Shown here: positions 41,306 to 55,125 of the stretch, one piece after another
Numbering within the stretch: position 1 is the stretch's first letter
Layout: every line of letters begins with the position of its first letter
Source of the DNA: Tubiluchus corallicola
Lineage: Eukaryota; Animalia; Priapulida
Direction of reading: 5' to 3'
DNA: 64,000 nt
NCBI GenBank assembly: GCA_030141605.1
Contig: JAQGDQ010000447.1
Coordinates: 124,001 to 188,000, forward strand
The notes under the pieces: generated by a model
What the model was told of the DNA's origin: nothing
What the model saw: only the letters and a program-made list of their open reading frames with translations
Databases searched by the model: none
Made by a program: the position numbers and the translations under genes

Positions 41306-41381
<76 letters not shown>

Positions 41382-41392
41382 TATCATCGTTG

Positions 41393-41435
<43 letters not shown>

Positions 41436-41456
41436 TATCATCATCATCATGATCAC

Positions 41457-41489
<33 letters not shown>

Positions 41490-41567
41490 GATCACCACCA
41501 CCACCATCATCATCATCATCGTTGTCGTTATCGTCATCGTCGTCGTCACCAATGTCATCATCATCAC
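41177..41567. repeat. (CAT)n microsatellite
   Basis: Directly visible. Confidence 0.96.
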
Positions 41568-42182
41568 TACAATTCATGCTTTTGCAGTTGCGATACATAA
41601 TTGATGCTTCCGGATGCAGCGGCTCGCAATGTAATCTCCTGCAGACAATTCTACTAAAGTCAAAATTTCCAAACGTCACCCCTGAGAGATTCGACGTCGC
41701 TAGGTGCCCACAGAATCAATCCTTATCCAGCAAGCCCTGAAATTGCATCAGATTGTTGCTGGAAATTGAATATTTATGAGGTTGGTCCGATTTCAGTTGC
41801 TTAAAAGTAGATAGATGTTGGACGGTCACCTCTTTTGTCGATAGCTCTCAGACGAATTGTCTCCTCTTCTTTATTAAAACTGGTTTGACTTGAATTTTTA
41901 CGTAGGTAAGCAGAAGCTGGTTGAAATGAAACTTTCATTAGATAGAAATTCGTTGAAGATCACCTTGTGGTTTAAAACGCCTGCTAAAATTGCAGGAGAC
42001 CTGGCTTCTCAAAATTTATGCCATGATAATAAAAGTGATTACTGAATTTCGAGTCACTTAACTTACTCATAGTTGAGTTGTATTTTATTTTAATAGAAGT
42101 GAAGAACTTTAAAGAGATTATTTGAACGAAATAACGTCAACTTGTTTTGAGTTTTGATCAAGTTACACCTTTTGATTTTTTT

Positions 42183-43185
42183 GTGACTTAGGTAAGTCAA
42201 ATGTAGACATAGGAATTTCGAATGTGTTTTGGTAACTCAAATGTGACTTGGGTAAGTCAAATGTAGACATAGGAATTTCGAATGTGTTTTGGTAAATCAA
42301 ATGTGACTTAGGTAAGTCAAATGTAGACATAGGAATTTCGAATGTGTTTTGGCAACTCAAATGTGACTTAGGTAAGTCAAATGTAGACATGGGAATTTCG
42401 AATGTGTTTTGGTAAATCAAATGTGACTTAGGTAAGTCAAATGTAGACATAGGAATTTCGAATGTGTTTTGGCAACTCAAATGTGACTTAGGTAAGTCAA
42501 ATGTAGACATGGGAATTTCGAATGTGTTTTGCCAACTCAAATGTGACTTAGGTAAGTCAAATGTAGACATGGGAATTTCGAATGTGTTTTGGTAAATCAA
42601 ATGTGACTTAGGTAAGTCAAATGTAGACATGGGAATTTCGAATGTGTTTTGGTAAATCAAATGTGACTTAGGTAAGTCAAATGTAGACATGGGAATTTCG
42701 AATGTGTTTTGGTAAATCAAATGTGACTTAGGTAAGTCAAATGTAGACATAGGAATTTCGAATGTGTTTTGGTAACTCAAATGTGACTTAGGTAAGTCAA
42801 ATGTAGATATAGGAATTTCGAATGTATTTTGGTAAATCAAATGTGACTTAAGTAAGTCAAATGTAGATGCATTACTTTGAATAAATCGGTAATTAATTCA
42901 TTTAAGTGAAAAAACAAAAATATAAAACCAAATAAAAATTATATTTTATGGTCATGGTGCTATCGGCAGCATCAATTTTGATTATATTTAATTAATTTGC
43001 AACTATTTGTATGGACGTTAATAAATTTTCCAAATGTAAAGAAAATGTTTATTTGATAAGAATACTTAAAAGTGTTGTACATAAATAAGTTAACAATTGA
43101 CTTGACATGTATCTACATTTGACTTACCAAAAAAGCTTAAGATTTTTGAAAACCATTGTTAACACTTTTGAACTACCTGAGTCTA
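42183..43185 (+). mobile_element. Truncated MITE family A with ~11 tandem copies of its 60-bp subrepeat (42183-42870)
   Basis: Exact 60-bp period, continuing into family A internal sequence. Confidence 0.92.
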
Positions 43186-43187
43186 TA

Positions 43188-44002
43188 GGTTTTACACGTC
43201 AAATGTAGACCTGCTTTAACTCAAATGTAGATTTAGGTAATTCAAATGTGTCTTGGTAACTCAAATGTAGACTTAGGTAGTTCAAATGTGTCTTGGTAAC
43301 TCAAATGTAGACTTTGGTAGTTCAAATGTGTCTTGGTAACTCATATGTAGACTTGGGTAGTCCGAATGTGTTAACAATGGTTTTCAACAAATCTTAAGCG
43401 TTTTTGGTAAGTCAAATGTAGACACATGTCAAGTCAAAAGTGACATTGGTATCTCAAATGTGGATAGGTGGTAAAGTTCAAGGATGTTAAATTTAATCTT
43501 CTTTAATTTCAATTAACAATTAGTCTTAAGCTAAAATAACAACGTTATAGGTTCACTAATATTCTGCAAACTTTACATACCAACTGGAACTGTTAGAGAA
43601 AACAATACATTTTTAAAATAAACAATGTTTCTTGAGAGAAACTAATTCATTAATACAGTGCTAATGCATTACTTAAAAAACTAATTAGTGATTCACTGTT
43701 CATTGGGAAGTGGAAACCGATTTATTCTTTTCCGCCGACATTTTTTGTAAAACGTTGACAAATAAAATGTAGAATTGGTGTATATATTAATAATTGTATA
43801 ATTGTTAACTTATTTATGTACAACACTTTTAAGTGTTCTTATCAAATAAACATTTTCTATACATTTCAAAGTACCGCATCTACATTTGACTTACATAAGT
43901 CACATTTGAGTTACCAAAACACATTCGAAATTCCTATGTCTACATTTGACTTACCTAAGTCACATTTGAACTTTCCTATGTCTACATTTGACGTGTAAAA
44001 CC
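43188..44002 (-). mobile_element. MITE family A abutting or inserted in the previous copy
   Basis: Both TIRs with TATA flanks. Confidence 0.92.
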
Positions 44003-44603
44003 TATATAAGTTTAGATAATATTGTTCAACGTTTGAAAAAATAATCAGGTCATTTGTAACACACTTTTCCCTAACTAAGCTAAGTATATGTTATTTTGTC
44101 TTGTCGGCAAGATTTATAATAAGTGACATTCTGTGGTGCACACTGGGATAGTAAACCAGTGACGTTTTACCACTTTACCATTTTATATTACTAAGAATTT
44201 TCTTTTCTAGTTACATAAATCTTTCGAACAGGTATACATAAAACTAAGTGACACTACTTTTTACGGAAAGTTTTTACATACTATAAATTTGCATTTCCCC
44301 CCTGTAATTTAGATTGAGTATTATTACGTTCCGTGACATTTTCACCAGTGACAGACAATCTAATGCAAGCGCTAATGTGTACCAAATCTCATGGGTTTAA
44401 GAGATTTGCATTTGCTGAAGTTCTTAAACATGGAGCAACAGAGTAAGCAATTCGAGTTGACAATTATCTGTCACGTAAATATAACAAAACTTCATTAATT
44501 ATGACGAACTAACTAAAGTTGAGCACCGACATTACTCATGTCAAATTATTCATTTTGAGTATTAGTAGATTACAAATGGACATTGTCAAGCTACTCTTTT
44601 ATA

Positions 44604-44966
44604 GGCTTTACACGTCAAATCTAGACACAGGAAAGTTCAAATGTGACTTAGGTAAGTCAAATGTAGACATAGGAATTTCGCATGCGTTTGGTAACTCAAA
44701 TGTGACTCAGGTAAGTCAGATTTAGACATAGGAATTTCGAATGTGTTTTGGTAACTCACATGTAACTCAGGTAAGTCAAATTTAGACATAGGACATTTGA
44801 CTTGACATGTGTCTACATTTGACTTACCAAAAACGCTTAAGATTTGTTGAAAACCATTGTTAACACATTTGAACTACCTAATTCTACATTTGAGTTACCA
44901 AGACACATTCGAATTACCTAAATCTATATTTGACTTAACGTAGGTCTACATTTGACGTGTAAAACC
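44604..44966 (+). mobile_element. MITE family A, short
   Basis: Both TIRs with TATA flanks. Confidence 0.9.
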
Positions 44967-45099
44967 TATAGTACCTAATTTTACCTTAGAATTAGCAACT
45001 AATCAAAATTGTATCTAACCTTCAAGTATCAGACAATTTAATAAACATCAGGCTACGTGAACCTGGGTAATACTAAACAGTAAAACCGATAATAATGCA

Positions 45100-45486
45100 A
45101 AAAATCACTATTTCAGCGATTGATGATGATCGTGAAAAGGTCAAAGGTTAAATGTATCAGACAACGCATTTCAGTACACTTGACAACGCCTCGCAGCCCA
45201 TGCTGTTGTAATTGTAACGTGTTTTAACTGCTAGCTAGAACCTTACCTAGTTCACTTTTTCTTGTCCCCAAGCAAGATCCAGCTCGTAAATCACTCTACG
45301 CACAGGCTAATGCATAACCAAGTAAAGTCAGCATCAACTGACGGTACTGAACTAATGCTGGCAGACGGCTTTGCTTTGCCCACATGCCACGCGACGGTTG
45401 TAGTTAAGACGCGTTACTGTGGCGCATTTAACCTTTGACCTACAGCAACTGCACGTGCGCACAACGAAACTGTGAAAAGGCTTATT
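45100..45486 (-). mobile_element. MITE family B
   Basis: Reverse complement of the 11951/59755 copies. Confidence 0.85.
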
Positions 45487-45489
45487 ATA

Positions 45490-46025
45490 GGTTTTACATG
45501 TCAAATGTAGACCTGCGTTAACTCAAATGTACACTTAGCTAGTTCAAATGTGTTAACAATGGTTTTCACGAAATCTTGAGCACTTTTGGTAAGTAAAATG
45601 TAGACACATGTCAAGTCAAATGTGGATAGATGTTAAAGTTTAAGGATGTTAAATTTAATCTTCTTTAATTTCAATTTAATAATTGCTCTTAAGTTAAAAT
45701 ATCAGCGTTATAGGCCTACTAATAGATGCACTATCTTTGGTGTATCTTTTTCTAATTTGCACTTAAATAACTTAATTACGGATTTATTCAAAGTAATGCA
45801 TCTACATTTGACTTACCTAAGTCACATTTGAGTTACCAAAATGCATTCGAAATTCCTATGTCTACATTTGACTTACTTAAGTCACATTTGAACTTTCCTG
45901 TGTCTACATTTGACTTACCTAAGTCACATTTGAGTTACCAAAACACATTCGAAATTCCTATGTCTACATTTGACTTACCTAAGCACATTTGAACTTTCCT
46001 GTGTCTACATTTGACGTGTAAAACC
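45490..46025 (-). mobile_element. MITE family A
   Basis: Both TIRs; sits immediately at the end of the family B copy. Confidence 0.9.
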
Positions 46026-46582
46026 TATACAAGAGAAATCGAAATGTAACATACTTATATAGCACACGTGGATTAATAAATTCTTGCAGAATTATTTTTT
46101 TGCATTATTATTAGTTTCATTGTTCTTCACATTGTTTTTCACATTGTTGTAGGTTTTATTGCTTATAATTCGGACTAGATTTTCGCCCAGTAAAAATTTG
46201 TTGAGAGGTCGGATTTAACAGGCGCGTAACTTTAACAGGGTTAAAACGATGTGATTTCTGTCCTATTTTGTCGGGAAAGTTCACCAGGAGAGCTCATATA
46301 TCCCCAGGAATTCAAGCATTGAACAATATTAAACTTTCATCTCTGACAACTTTGTACCGTTTAAATGTAGCATTTGTTACATTTGCTTTGCGAAGACATC
46401 CAAGTGGCACAATTGATCACAATTTTCTTTCAGCCAGGACAGTTTTAATCACAAAATGTAGTTTTGCTATGGTTGCATGCTGTGGATTGTACGTAAACTT
46501 GTGGTTTCAATTGTTTACAAAATAAACAGCATAAAGAAACAAAATACAAATCTTGCGTTTATTGTTACGTGTCGTAACCCTG

Positions 46583-47045
<463 letters not shown>

Positions 47046-47380
47046 GTTTGAGTCACGTTTCTCAGCGTGAAGCGTGACTTCACATAGACTCACGAGTATT
47101 TCGTTCCGAGCAAACTATCATTTTTTTAATAGTTTATCAAAAAGTTTTGTGACAAAACTTATAGTGTGACAATCGTAAAGTGGTGAACAATCCATTGGTG
47201 ATATTTTCAACTGCAAAGAACCTGTAGACAGACAGAAATCTTGAGGTAAAGAAATAACTATTTGTTTAAAAATATTATTGCAACTATAGCCACTTGTACC
47301 TGCACTGGTTGGACTAGGTAATTAAGCCAGTCAACAACTTTGAATAGGCCAACAATCAGGCCTATTTGAGGCTCAGAAGC

Positions 47381-48835
47381 ATGGCGGATTCAGACCAGCT
47401 TGCATCTCAAACACAACACAAAGCCAAAGAACGCCGGAGCTGCGAAATATGTCGGTCTACCCAGAGACCAGTGCAACCTAAAAAGATTAGTGCAATTGTA
47501 TGTGCTAAATGTGCTGCTAGCCATAGTTGTGATGAAAACCTTAGTCAGCAACGAATGAATCCGAAGAAAACAGCCTGCGATATTTGCAGAAAAACTGCAT
47601 CGCCTATTTGGCCTACAAAACTTACTGCTGTCATCTGTAACCGCTGCTACACAAAACAGTCCGAAGCCTCTCAACGCTATAATAGCCAGCAAACAAATGA
47701 GCGTGGCGCCGCCCTCGATGGCAGCTGTAAACGACGCTGACGGTGATTCTGACGTAGATAGTTATGATGGTGTTGATAACGATAATAATGACAGCATACA
47801 GGATGACAATAACAGCAGTACTAGCGAGGCAGATGACGCTGAATATAGCTCGGTCACAGAAATGAAAGCATTAGCTGTAAATTTAATCAAGAAGTCAAAA
47901 GATGTTGAAAAACTAAGGATATTCATAAATGTTATGAGAGGACATGACAATTCGCAACAAACATTAGAAAAACTGGAAACAGTTAACAACTTGGTTGTAA
48001 ACCTAGACAAAAGGATGTCACAAATAATATCAGGCCAAACTGGCAAACCTTTATATGGCAATGCAGTCAGAAAAAACCTGCCAACGTCATTCTCTGAAAC
48101 AGCCAAGACAAGTAACACTTCAAGTATCTCCTCGTCCATATATGACCCTGATAAAACTGTCATCGTAGAAAATGCGAGCGAAAAACATCTCGTCAGTTCC
48201 AACATTAACATTAAGAAGAATTTGTGTGCAGATTTTCCGAGAACGAAATTTGATATTGCCTTCAGAACATCCAGAGGGAAAATTCAATTACAAGTCCCAG
48301 ATAAAACAACAGCAAACGATATGATAAAGAACTGGAAGCCAGAATTTTTGGGAGGTGGTACTCGCGTAAGAAAGCCAGTATCTCCGCGTATAGGGATCTT
48401 GCGTGACTGTGATACGGCCTTGAGCAACGCAGAAATACGCGCTGATATTGAAAGATACTATGACATCATCCAGATTGACCCTTCAAAAGAAAAGATGGGA
48501 AAAACTTGCCATTAGTGAAAGTTACGTTCCAGACAGGAGACGATCTCACAAAAGCAGTCCAGGAAAGCATACCAATCGGTCAAATGATGTGCTCGGTAGA
48601 AGAGTTTGCTCCTAAGAGAAGACCACTCAGATGTTTTAAGTGTCAGGGGTACAAACACATAGCGAAATGGTGTACTAGAGGCTCCAAATGTGGAAAATGC
48701 TCAGGAAAGCATGAATCAAACGAGTGTACTTCAGAACAGTTAAAGTGTGCAAACTGTGACGAATCGCACGCGGCATGGGACAGAAGTTGGGCACTTTACG
48801 TAAATGAAGCCAAACGACTAAGTGATTATCCATAA
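47381..48835 (+). mobile_element. Non-LTR retrotransposon ORF1 (gag-like, I/Jockey/Nimb-group), two frameshifts, ORF2 missing
   Basis: Three knuckles CFKCQGYKHIAKWC, CGKCSGKHESNEC and CANCDESHAAWDRSW, with coiled-coil-like and acidic segments. Frameshifts near 47695 and 48478. Confidence 0.85.
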
Positions 48836-49142
48836 AATGGCAAATTTGCAAGACGTTAAAGTAAAAGTTACTACACGACTACAGAAAATTTGTATTTTGC
48901 AGAATAAACTAACATAGATATGGGAACGCAACTTTGGTTTGAGCGTATACATTACACTATGTATTGAAAGCATCGATTAACAATTCATAATTGAGGTGAC
49001 GTCTATTTCCACTAGACTGAAATTCATTGTAATTCACAGTATGTCTAATCTTTTACTGAAACTCGTCCATTATTCATTGCTTCAATCTTTCAGCACTAGA
49101 TAGAGCCGCATTTGCGCGCCGAAACAACTGGGTTTTCAGATA

Positions 49143-49507
49143 AATGAGCCTTTTCACAGTTCCAGCGATTGAAGATAAACTTGAAAAGGTCAAAGGTTAA
49201 GTGTATGAGACAACGCACTTGTGTACACTTGACAACGCCTCGCAGCCCAAGCAGTTGTAATAGTAACAGTTTTAACTAGAGCGTTACCTAGTTCATTTTT
49301 TCTTGTTCCTAAGCAAGATCCTATTAGTGAATCACTCTATACAAGTCCACGTAAGACAACTGATCCTAATAAACTGATGCGGCAGAAGGCTTTGTTTTAC
49401 ACACATGTCACGTGACGGTTGTAGTTAAGAGGCGTTGCTGTTGTACACTTAACCTTTGACCTACAGCAACTGCGCGTGCTCATAGCGAAATTGTGAAAAG
49501 GCTTGTT
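49143..49507 (-). mobile_element. MITE family B
   Basis: Both TIRs, slightly degenerate. Confidence 0.85.
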
Positions 49508-49674
49508 GAGGTGTTGTCTATTTTCACTGGACTAAAACTTAAAGTGCTGATGGATTTCACTGAAATACACAGTATACCTAATCTTTGAATGAAACTCGCC
49601 CATTATTCATTGCTTCAAACTTTCAACACGAGACAGTGCTGGATATCCGTAGGAAAACCACTAGATTTCAGCTA

Positions 49675-49927
49675 AATAAACCTTTTCACAGTTTTGTAAT
49701 GCGCACGCGCAGTTGCTGTAGATCAAAGGTTAAGTGTACCACCGCAATATGTCTCAACTGCAACCGTCATGTGAGATGTGCATAAAGCAAAGCCGTCTGC
49801 TGCGTGCTATTACAATAGCATTGGCTGCGAGGCGTTGTCAAGTGTACACAAATGTGTTGTTTGGTACACTTAACCTTTGACCTTTGCACGATCATCATCA
49901 ATCGCTGGAACTGTGAAAAGGCTTATT
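49675..49927 (+). mobile_element. MITE family B, internally deleted
   Basis: Both TIRs. Confidence 0.85.
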
Positions 49928-50696
49928 GAAGTCACACTTCCAGAAAAAAATGTTCGTTTTTATACCAGCATCTTTGGCGTCATCATCTGCACCGGTCTCA
50001 TCATTTGTTATTAGATTTTGGATATATATTTAGAATAAGTAAATCGTAATGCAAAATTGTCAGCTTGTTTAGTAAGAAATTTATTTAATGTACATAGTGC
50101 AAAGACTTATTTAACATTTTTGTAGTTTTGTGCCCTGCAAATAGAGGGCTTATTGTGTAATTTTCAATCAAGACTTTTAATAATTAATAATAATTTGTCC
50201 AAGGTGTAAGCGTGATCACATTTACATGGCTTGGGTCCAGCCTTGGTATGATTTAATTACTTGTTTATCACGGTTATAAGGAAACACCTATTACAACTTG
50301 TTTGGCTTCAGACATAAATTACATTCCTGCCGGCTGCTAGTTTGGTTATTAACACAAATGGAAACATTTCGTGATTCTTTCCCCTGACAGCAAACTCAAT
50401 CAGATATTCGCAGGTGGCGAAGTGAGTGATTAGCTAATTCAGAGTTTCTACCAACTGACGCGCGTTAATTACTCATATAAATTACTAAAAGTGCTCAGCT
50501 TAACTGATTTGTGCAAATGGCAGTTGTGCGTGAAGACTACGTACAATTCAGTACTTTGCTTGCGACCAGTTTAAAAGTTTTCTAACTTCGTACAGGTGGG
50601 GATTATAATGTGGCAACTCAACTGATGCTCATGTAATTCTGAAAACAGTTTTGCGTGAGTTGACAACCTAAGTGTGAACAAAAGACAGTAGTTTGA

Positions 50697-50782
50697 ATAA
50701 GCCTTTTCACTGTTTCAGCGGTTGATGATGGTCATGGAAAGGTCAAATGTTAAGTGTAGCAGACAACAAATTTGTGTACAAA
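50697..50782 (-). mobile_element. MITE family B terminal fragment
   Basis: aataagccttttcactgtttcagcggttgatgatg... Confidence 0.7.
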
Positions 50783-51273
50783 TGTTCAGGAGAAAATATG
50801 CTAAGCTCATCTTTATCTAGCACTTTTGTTGATTGTGTGTACAGGTGTACTACAGGTGTACTACAGGTGTACAGTCGTTGATTGTAAATCTGTGATCAGT
50901 TTTGCGCTACAACGTAATTTGTCACTAAGACAAAGTTCTAAGAAATACTCACTTTCAGGTTTTAAGCTGCAAAAGTCTGAAAAAGAATGTGCAATAATAT
51001 TACAAATAAAGAACAGTGAAAAATGGCTGTTTTCACAATTCTGATCTGTGGGCAATCTTGAGCCAAAACATCTTCTGTCCACCTGATACAGACCTTCACA
51101 TTCGACGACATTTGACGTTGATGTTAGTGGCCAACAGCAAACGCCCTGCCCAAGCTACCTATGATGTGATTTTCGGGACATCAGGCGATATATAAGCAAA
51201 GAAGGAACAACTAGTTTAAATTCCAGGAAGATCTTAGTAACTCAATGGCAAAAACACTGGAGTTTCGTTACTC

Positions 51274-52925
51274 GCTCATCATCTTTTGGGCTTCCGTTAT
51301 GCAACACAGCACCACTTATAATTTGATGTCATGTTCCACATTCCACATGTAGTCTTTCTTCAGAACATCTAAATATGTGATCAGCTGTCCTCCTCCTGGT
51401 TTCCTCCCAGGTATTAGTGCTTGATGTAATGCTGTAGTAAGTGGAGAATCTTGTGGTAATCTGATGACGTGTCCAATCCAGCTGTCCTCCTCTTGGTTTC
51501 CTCTCAGGTATTAGTGCTTGATGTAATGCTATAGTAAGTGGAGAATCTTGTGGTAATCTGATGACATCTCCAATCCGGATGTCCTCCTCTTGGTTTCCTC
51601 CCAGGTATTAGTGCTTGATGTAATGCTGTAGTAAGTGGAGAATCCTGTGGTAGTCTGATGACATGTCCAATTCGGATGTCCTCCTCTTGGTTTCCTCCCA
51701 GGTATTAGTGCTTGATGTAGTGATGTAGTAAGTGGAGAATCCTGTGGTAATCTGATGACATCTCCAATCCGGATGTCCTCCTCTTGGTTTCCTCCCAGGT
51801 ATTAGTGCTTGATGTAATGCTGTAGCAAGTGCAGAATCATGTGGTAGTCTGATGACATGTCCAATCCGGATGTCCTCCTCTTGGTTTCCTCCCAAGTATT
51901 AGTGCTTGATGTAATGCTGTAGTAAGTGGAGAATCTTGTGGTAATCTGATGACACGTCCAATCCGGATGTCCTTATCTTGGTTTCTTTCCAGGTAATTAG
52001 TGCTTGATGTAATGCTGTAGTAAGTGGAGAATCATGTGGTAATTTGATGACATGTCCAATCCGGATGTCCTCATCTTGGTTTCCTCCCAGATATGATGTT
52101 GTAGTAAGTGGAGAATCTTGTGGTAATCTAATGACAAGTCCAATCCGGATGTCCTCCTCTTGGTTTCTTCCCAGGTATTAGTGCTTGATGTAATGCTGTA
52201 GTAAGTGGAGAATCCTGTGGTAATCTGATGACATGTCCAATCCAGATGTCCTCCTCTTGGTTTCCTCCCAGGTATTAGTGTTTGATGTGATGCTGTAGTA
52301 AGTGGAGAATCCTGTGGTAATCTGATGACATGTCCAATCCAGATGTCCTCCTCTTGGTTTCCTCCCAGGTATTAGTGCTTGATCTAATGCTGTAGTAAGT
52401 GGAGAATCATGTGGTAATCTGATGACGTGTCCAATCCGGATGTCCTCATCTTGGTTTCCTCCCAGGTGTTAGTGCTTGATCTAATGCTGTAGTAAGTGGA
52501 GAATCATGTGGTAATCTGATGACGTGTCCACTCCAGCTGTCCTCCTCTTGGTTTCCTCCCAGATATTAGTGCTTGATGTGATGCTGTAGTAAGTGGAGAA
52601 TCCTGTGGTAATCTGATGACATGTCCACTCCAGCTGTCCTCCTCTTGGTTTCCTCCCAGGTATTAGTGCTTGATGTGATGCTGTAGTAAGTGCAGAATCT
52701 TGTGGTAATCTGATGACATGTCCAATCCATCTAAGCCAACACACTCCTGTAACTTCTCTATAGCCTCACTCCCTTCTTTCTTGTTCATTAAATGATATGG
52801 ATCTTGATTTGATATTTTCTTTGGCCATTTTAATCCCAACATCTTTCTGTACAGACGTCTTTCTGAAGGCATTGATTTCATTTTTCTGAGCAACTTTGAC
52901 TTTATATAAGAATACAACTTCTACA
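51274..52925 (-). mobile_element. RTE-clade LINE 3' fragment with an internal 97-bp tandem array (~14 copies, 51382-52728)
   Basis: The unit encodes WIGHVIRLPQDS..TTALHQALIPGRKPRGG. Flanks are collinear with the single-unit copy at 37688-38140. Confidence 0.9.
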
Positions 52926-54871
52926 ATATCAATACGCTGGAATATCAATAATATCAGCGTTCCACTGTTCCAATTTTAGGTTATTTCCTCTTTTCATAAG
53001 CAAGTTTTTTGGCCATACGCTTGTCACGAAACTTATTAGTAACTTGATACGAATTTCATTCATTAAATATACATATCTGAAGTAATTTTATTTGGATTTA
53101 TGGCCAGTATCAAGCGTTCTAAGTCTAACAACTTCGGTATGAGCAAGTGTCATAACTGTTCTATCCAATGCATTTCATTTTCCACTCTCACAAACTTCTC
53201 ATAAAAATTTTCTTCGAAAATCGAGTTGTCTGGAGAAGTCAGTCACGCAGCAACATTGAAAGTAGTTTTAAATTTGCATGTAAAATTCTGATCCGTTTCA
53301 CATCAGTGCTTTAGTTGCACTGACGCTTGTTCAATCTTTAAATGACATTGACAAAATACCCTGCGTCGCATCAATTTTCAAATTGCAATGATGTGAGCGG
53401 TGCGATGACTGCCATCTAGTGGTAACTAAAGTAGTTATTGGTTGTGAACCTAACTCTGCCCCACTTTTGCCATCGCAGAAGATCATGTTATGTTCGTTGC
53501 TGATTGGTTACTACTATACACTGGCAATAGTATTATAATTGCTATTGTTAATTCACCACATTGACTTGTCAGCTCTTGCTTTTTGTGAAATGAAACGAAT
53601 TATTACGTAATTAGTCTCTATAATTCATATAGCTCTTAATTGACTAGCCCTGTATATATGATTAATCTTGTAATTTATTTTATTTTATTTACTACTGTAC
53701 TGTATTTAGTATTGTACTTCTATTTTACATGATCTTAGTAACTGAAATAAAAATTAGAATTGAATTGAATTGAGTTCCTCGCATGGTTTTTAGTTCGTCA
53801 TAAACTAACACATTTGAACTGAGAGGTACAGTACCTGTTTTTTGTGCAACGCTTTCCGAAATGCAGGCGCTAGTGTACGTCTAACTAGCAAATGGTTAAA
53901 TACATGTAAGAACTAGTGGCGCGAACACACCTTGTTGTGTGGTAATAACTATTTCACGTAAGTCATTTTTGAAAAAAATAATATGTCTCCTTTCAATATT
54001 TCAAAGAATAGGTTGTTTTAACCTACAGTTTAAGAATTTTAACACTTCACTCTGGCATTTGCAAAGGTTAATACGTTCTCCTGTTCAGGAACTTTTAAAA
54101 AATTAAAACAATTCTCAAATCTCAAATTGCTATTCATTAAGGATGTAAAGTCTACACAAGGGTGTCCATGTTTGCTTTCAATATTTTAAAGTTTAAATAT
54201 TAATAATATATACCTTATTGCAGTACCTTATTGCAGTAACACGTGCAACACGCTCTGGAGTATTTTTGCTGTTGAAAATTATGTTCCGTTCGTTTGCAGT
54301 GTCATCAATAGTTGGGCTAGACCGCTGTTATTTATGATTTTAATCTATTATTTAATTACCAGAAACGTTTTTCTAAATGCGTTAGAATGCAAACTTTTTA
54401 TCGGACTTGAAAATTGGCGATAACCGTTCGACGCAGCCATTTTGACCTGCAGTTTAATATTGGGTCAGTTTTTGCTTTACGCGTCACGCCTCTATTTATT
54501 TTCTTATAAGTTTCGTTACAGTTACATGATCGATCAAAATTTCTTTATCAGTATTATAGATTATAAGCGCAAACCTCACAAGTGCCAGAAGAGGGCGTGC
54601 TTCAAACACAGCTGCAGCCAGTTTAATGGGAAAGTTTAGTCAGAGTGCCAAGAGATACACAAAAGAAGCCAGTTTTCAATATCGTTTCATGTTTTTGAAA
54701 ATAATGCAGCCGACACGCTGACTTGCACGACTAAGTACAGTAGAGCTGCAAAGAAATCAGACCTAAATGAACTCCGTGTTTATGTCAGATTAGATTTGTT
54801 AATGAAAAGTCCCACAATTTAAGAAAAAAATGAAAAAAATCGAATTATTTTATAATTGTGGTATTTTAGTC

Positions 54872-55125
54872 TAGATTGGATTGGATTAGATTAGATTAGA
54901 TTAGATTAGATTAGATTAGATTAGATTAGATTAGATTAGATTAGATTAGATTAGGTTAGGTTAGGTTAGGTTAGGTTAGGTTAGGTTAGGTTAGGTTAGG
55001 TTAGGTTAGGTTAGGTTAGGTTAGGTTAGGTTAGGTTAGGTTAGGTTAGGTTAGGTTAGGTTAGGTCAGGTCAGGTCAGGTCAGGTCAGGTCAGGTCAGG
55101 TCAGGTCAGGTCAGGTCAGATTAGA
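54872..55125. repeat. Compound pentamer array (TTAGA)n-(TTAGG)n-(TCAGG)n
   Basis: Directly visible. Confidence 0.95.

Noticed and set aside
51250-51290. Hammerhead-like atgatgag...cgaaac on the minus strand
   Set aside because: The core C is missing, stem I cannot form, and the gatgatgag part is the RTE tail.
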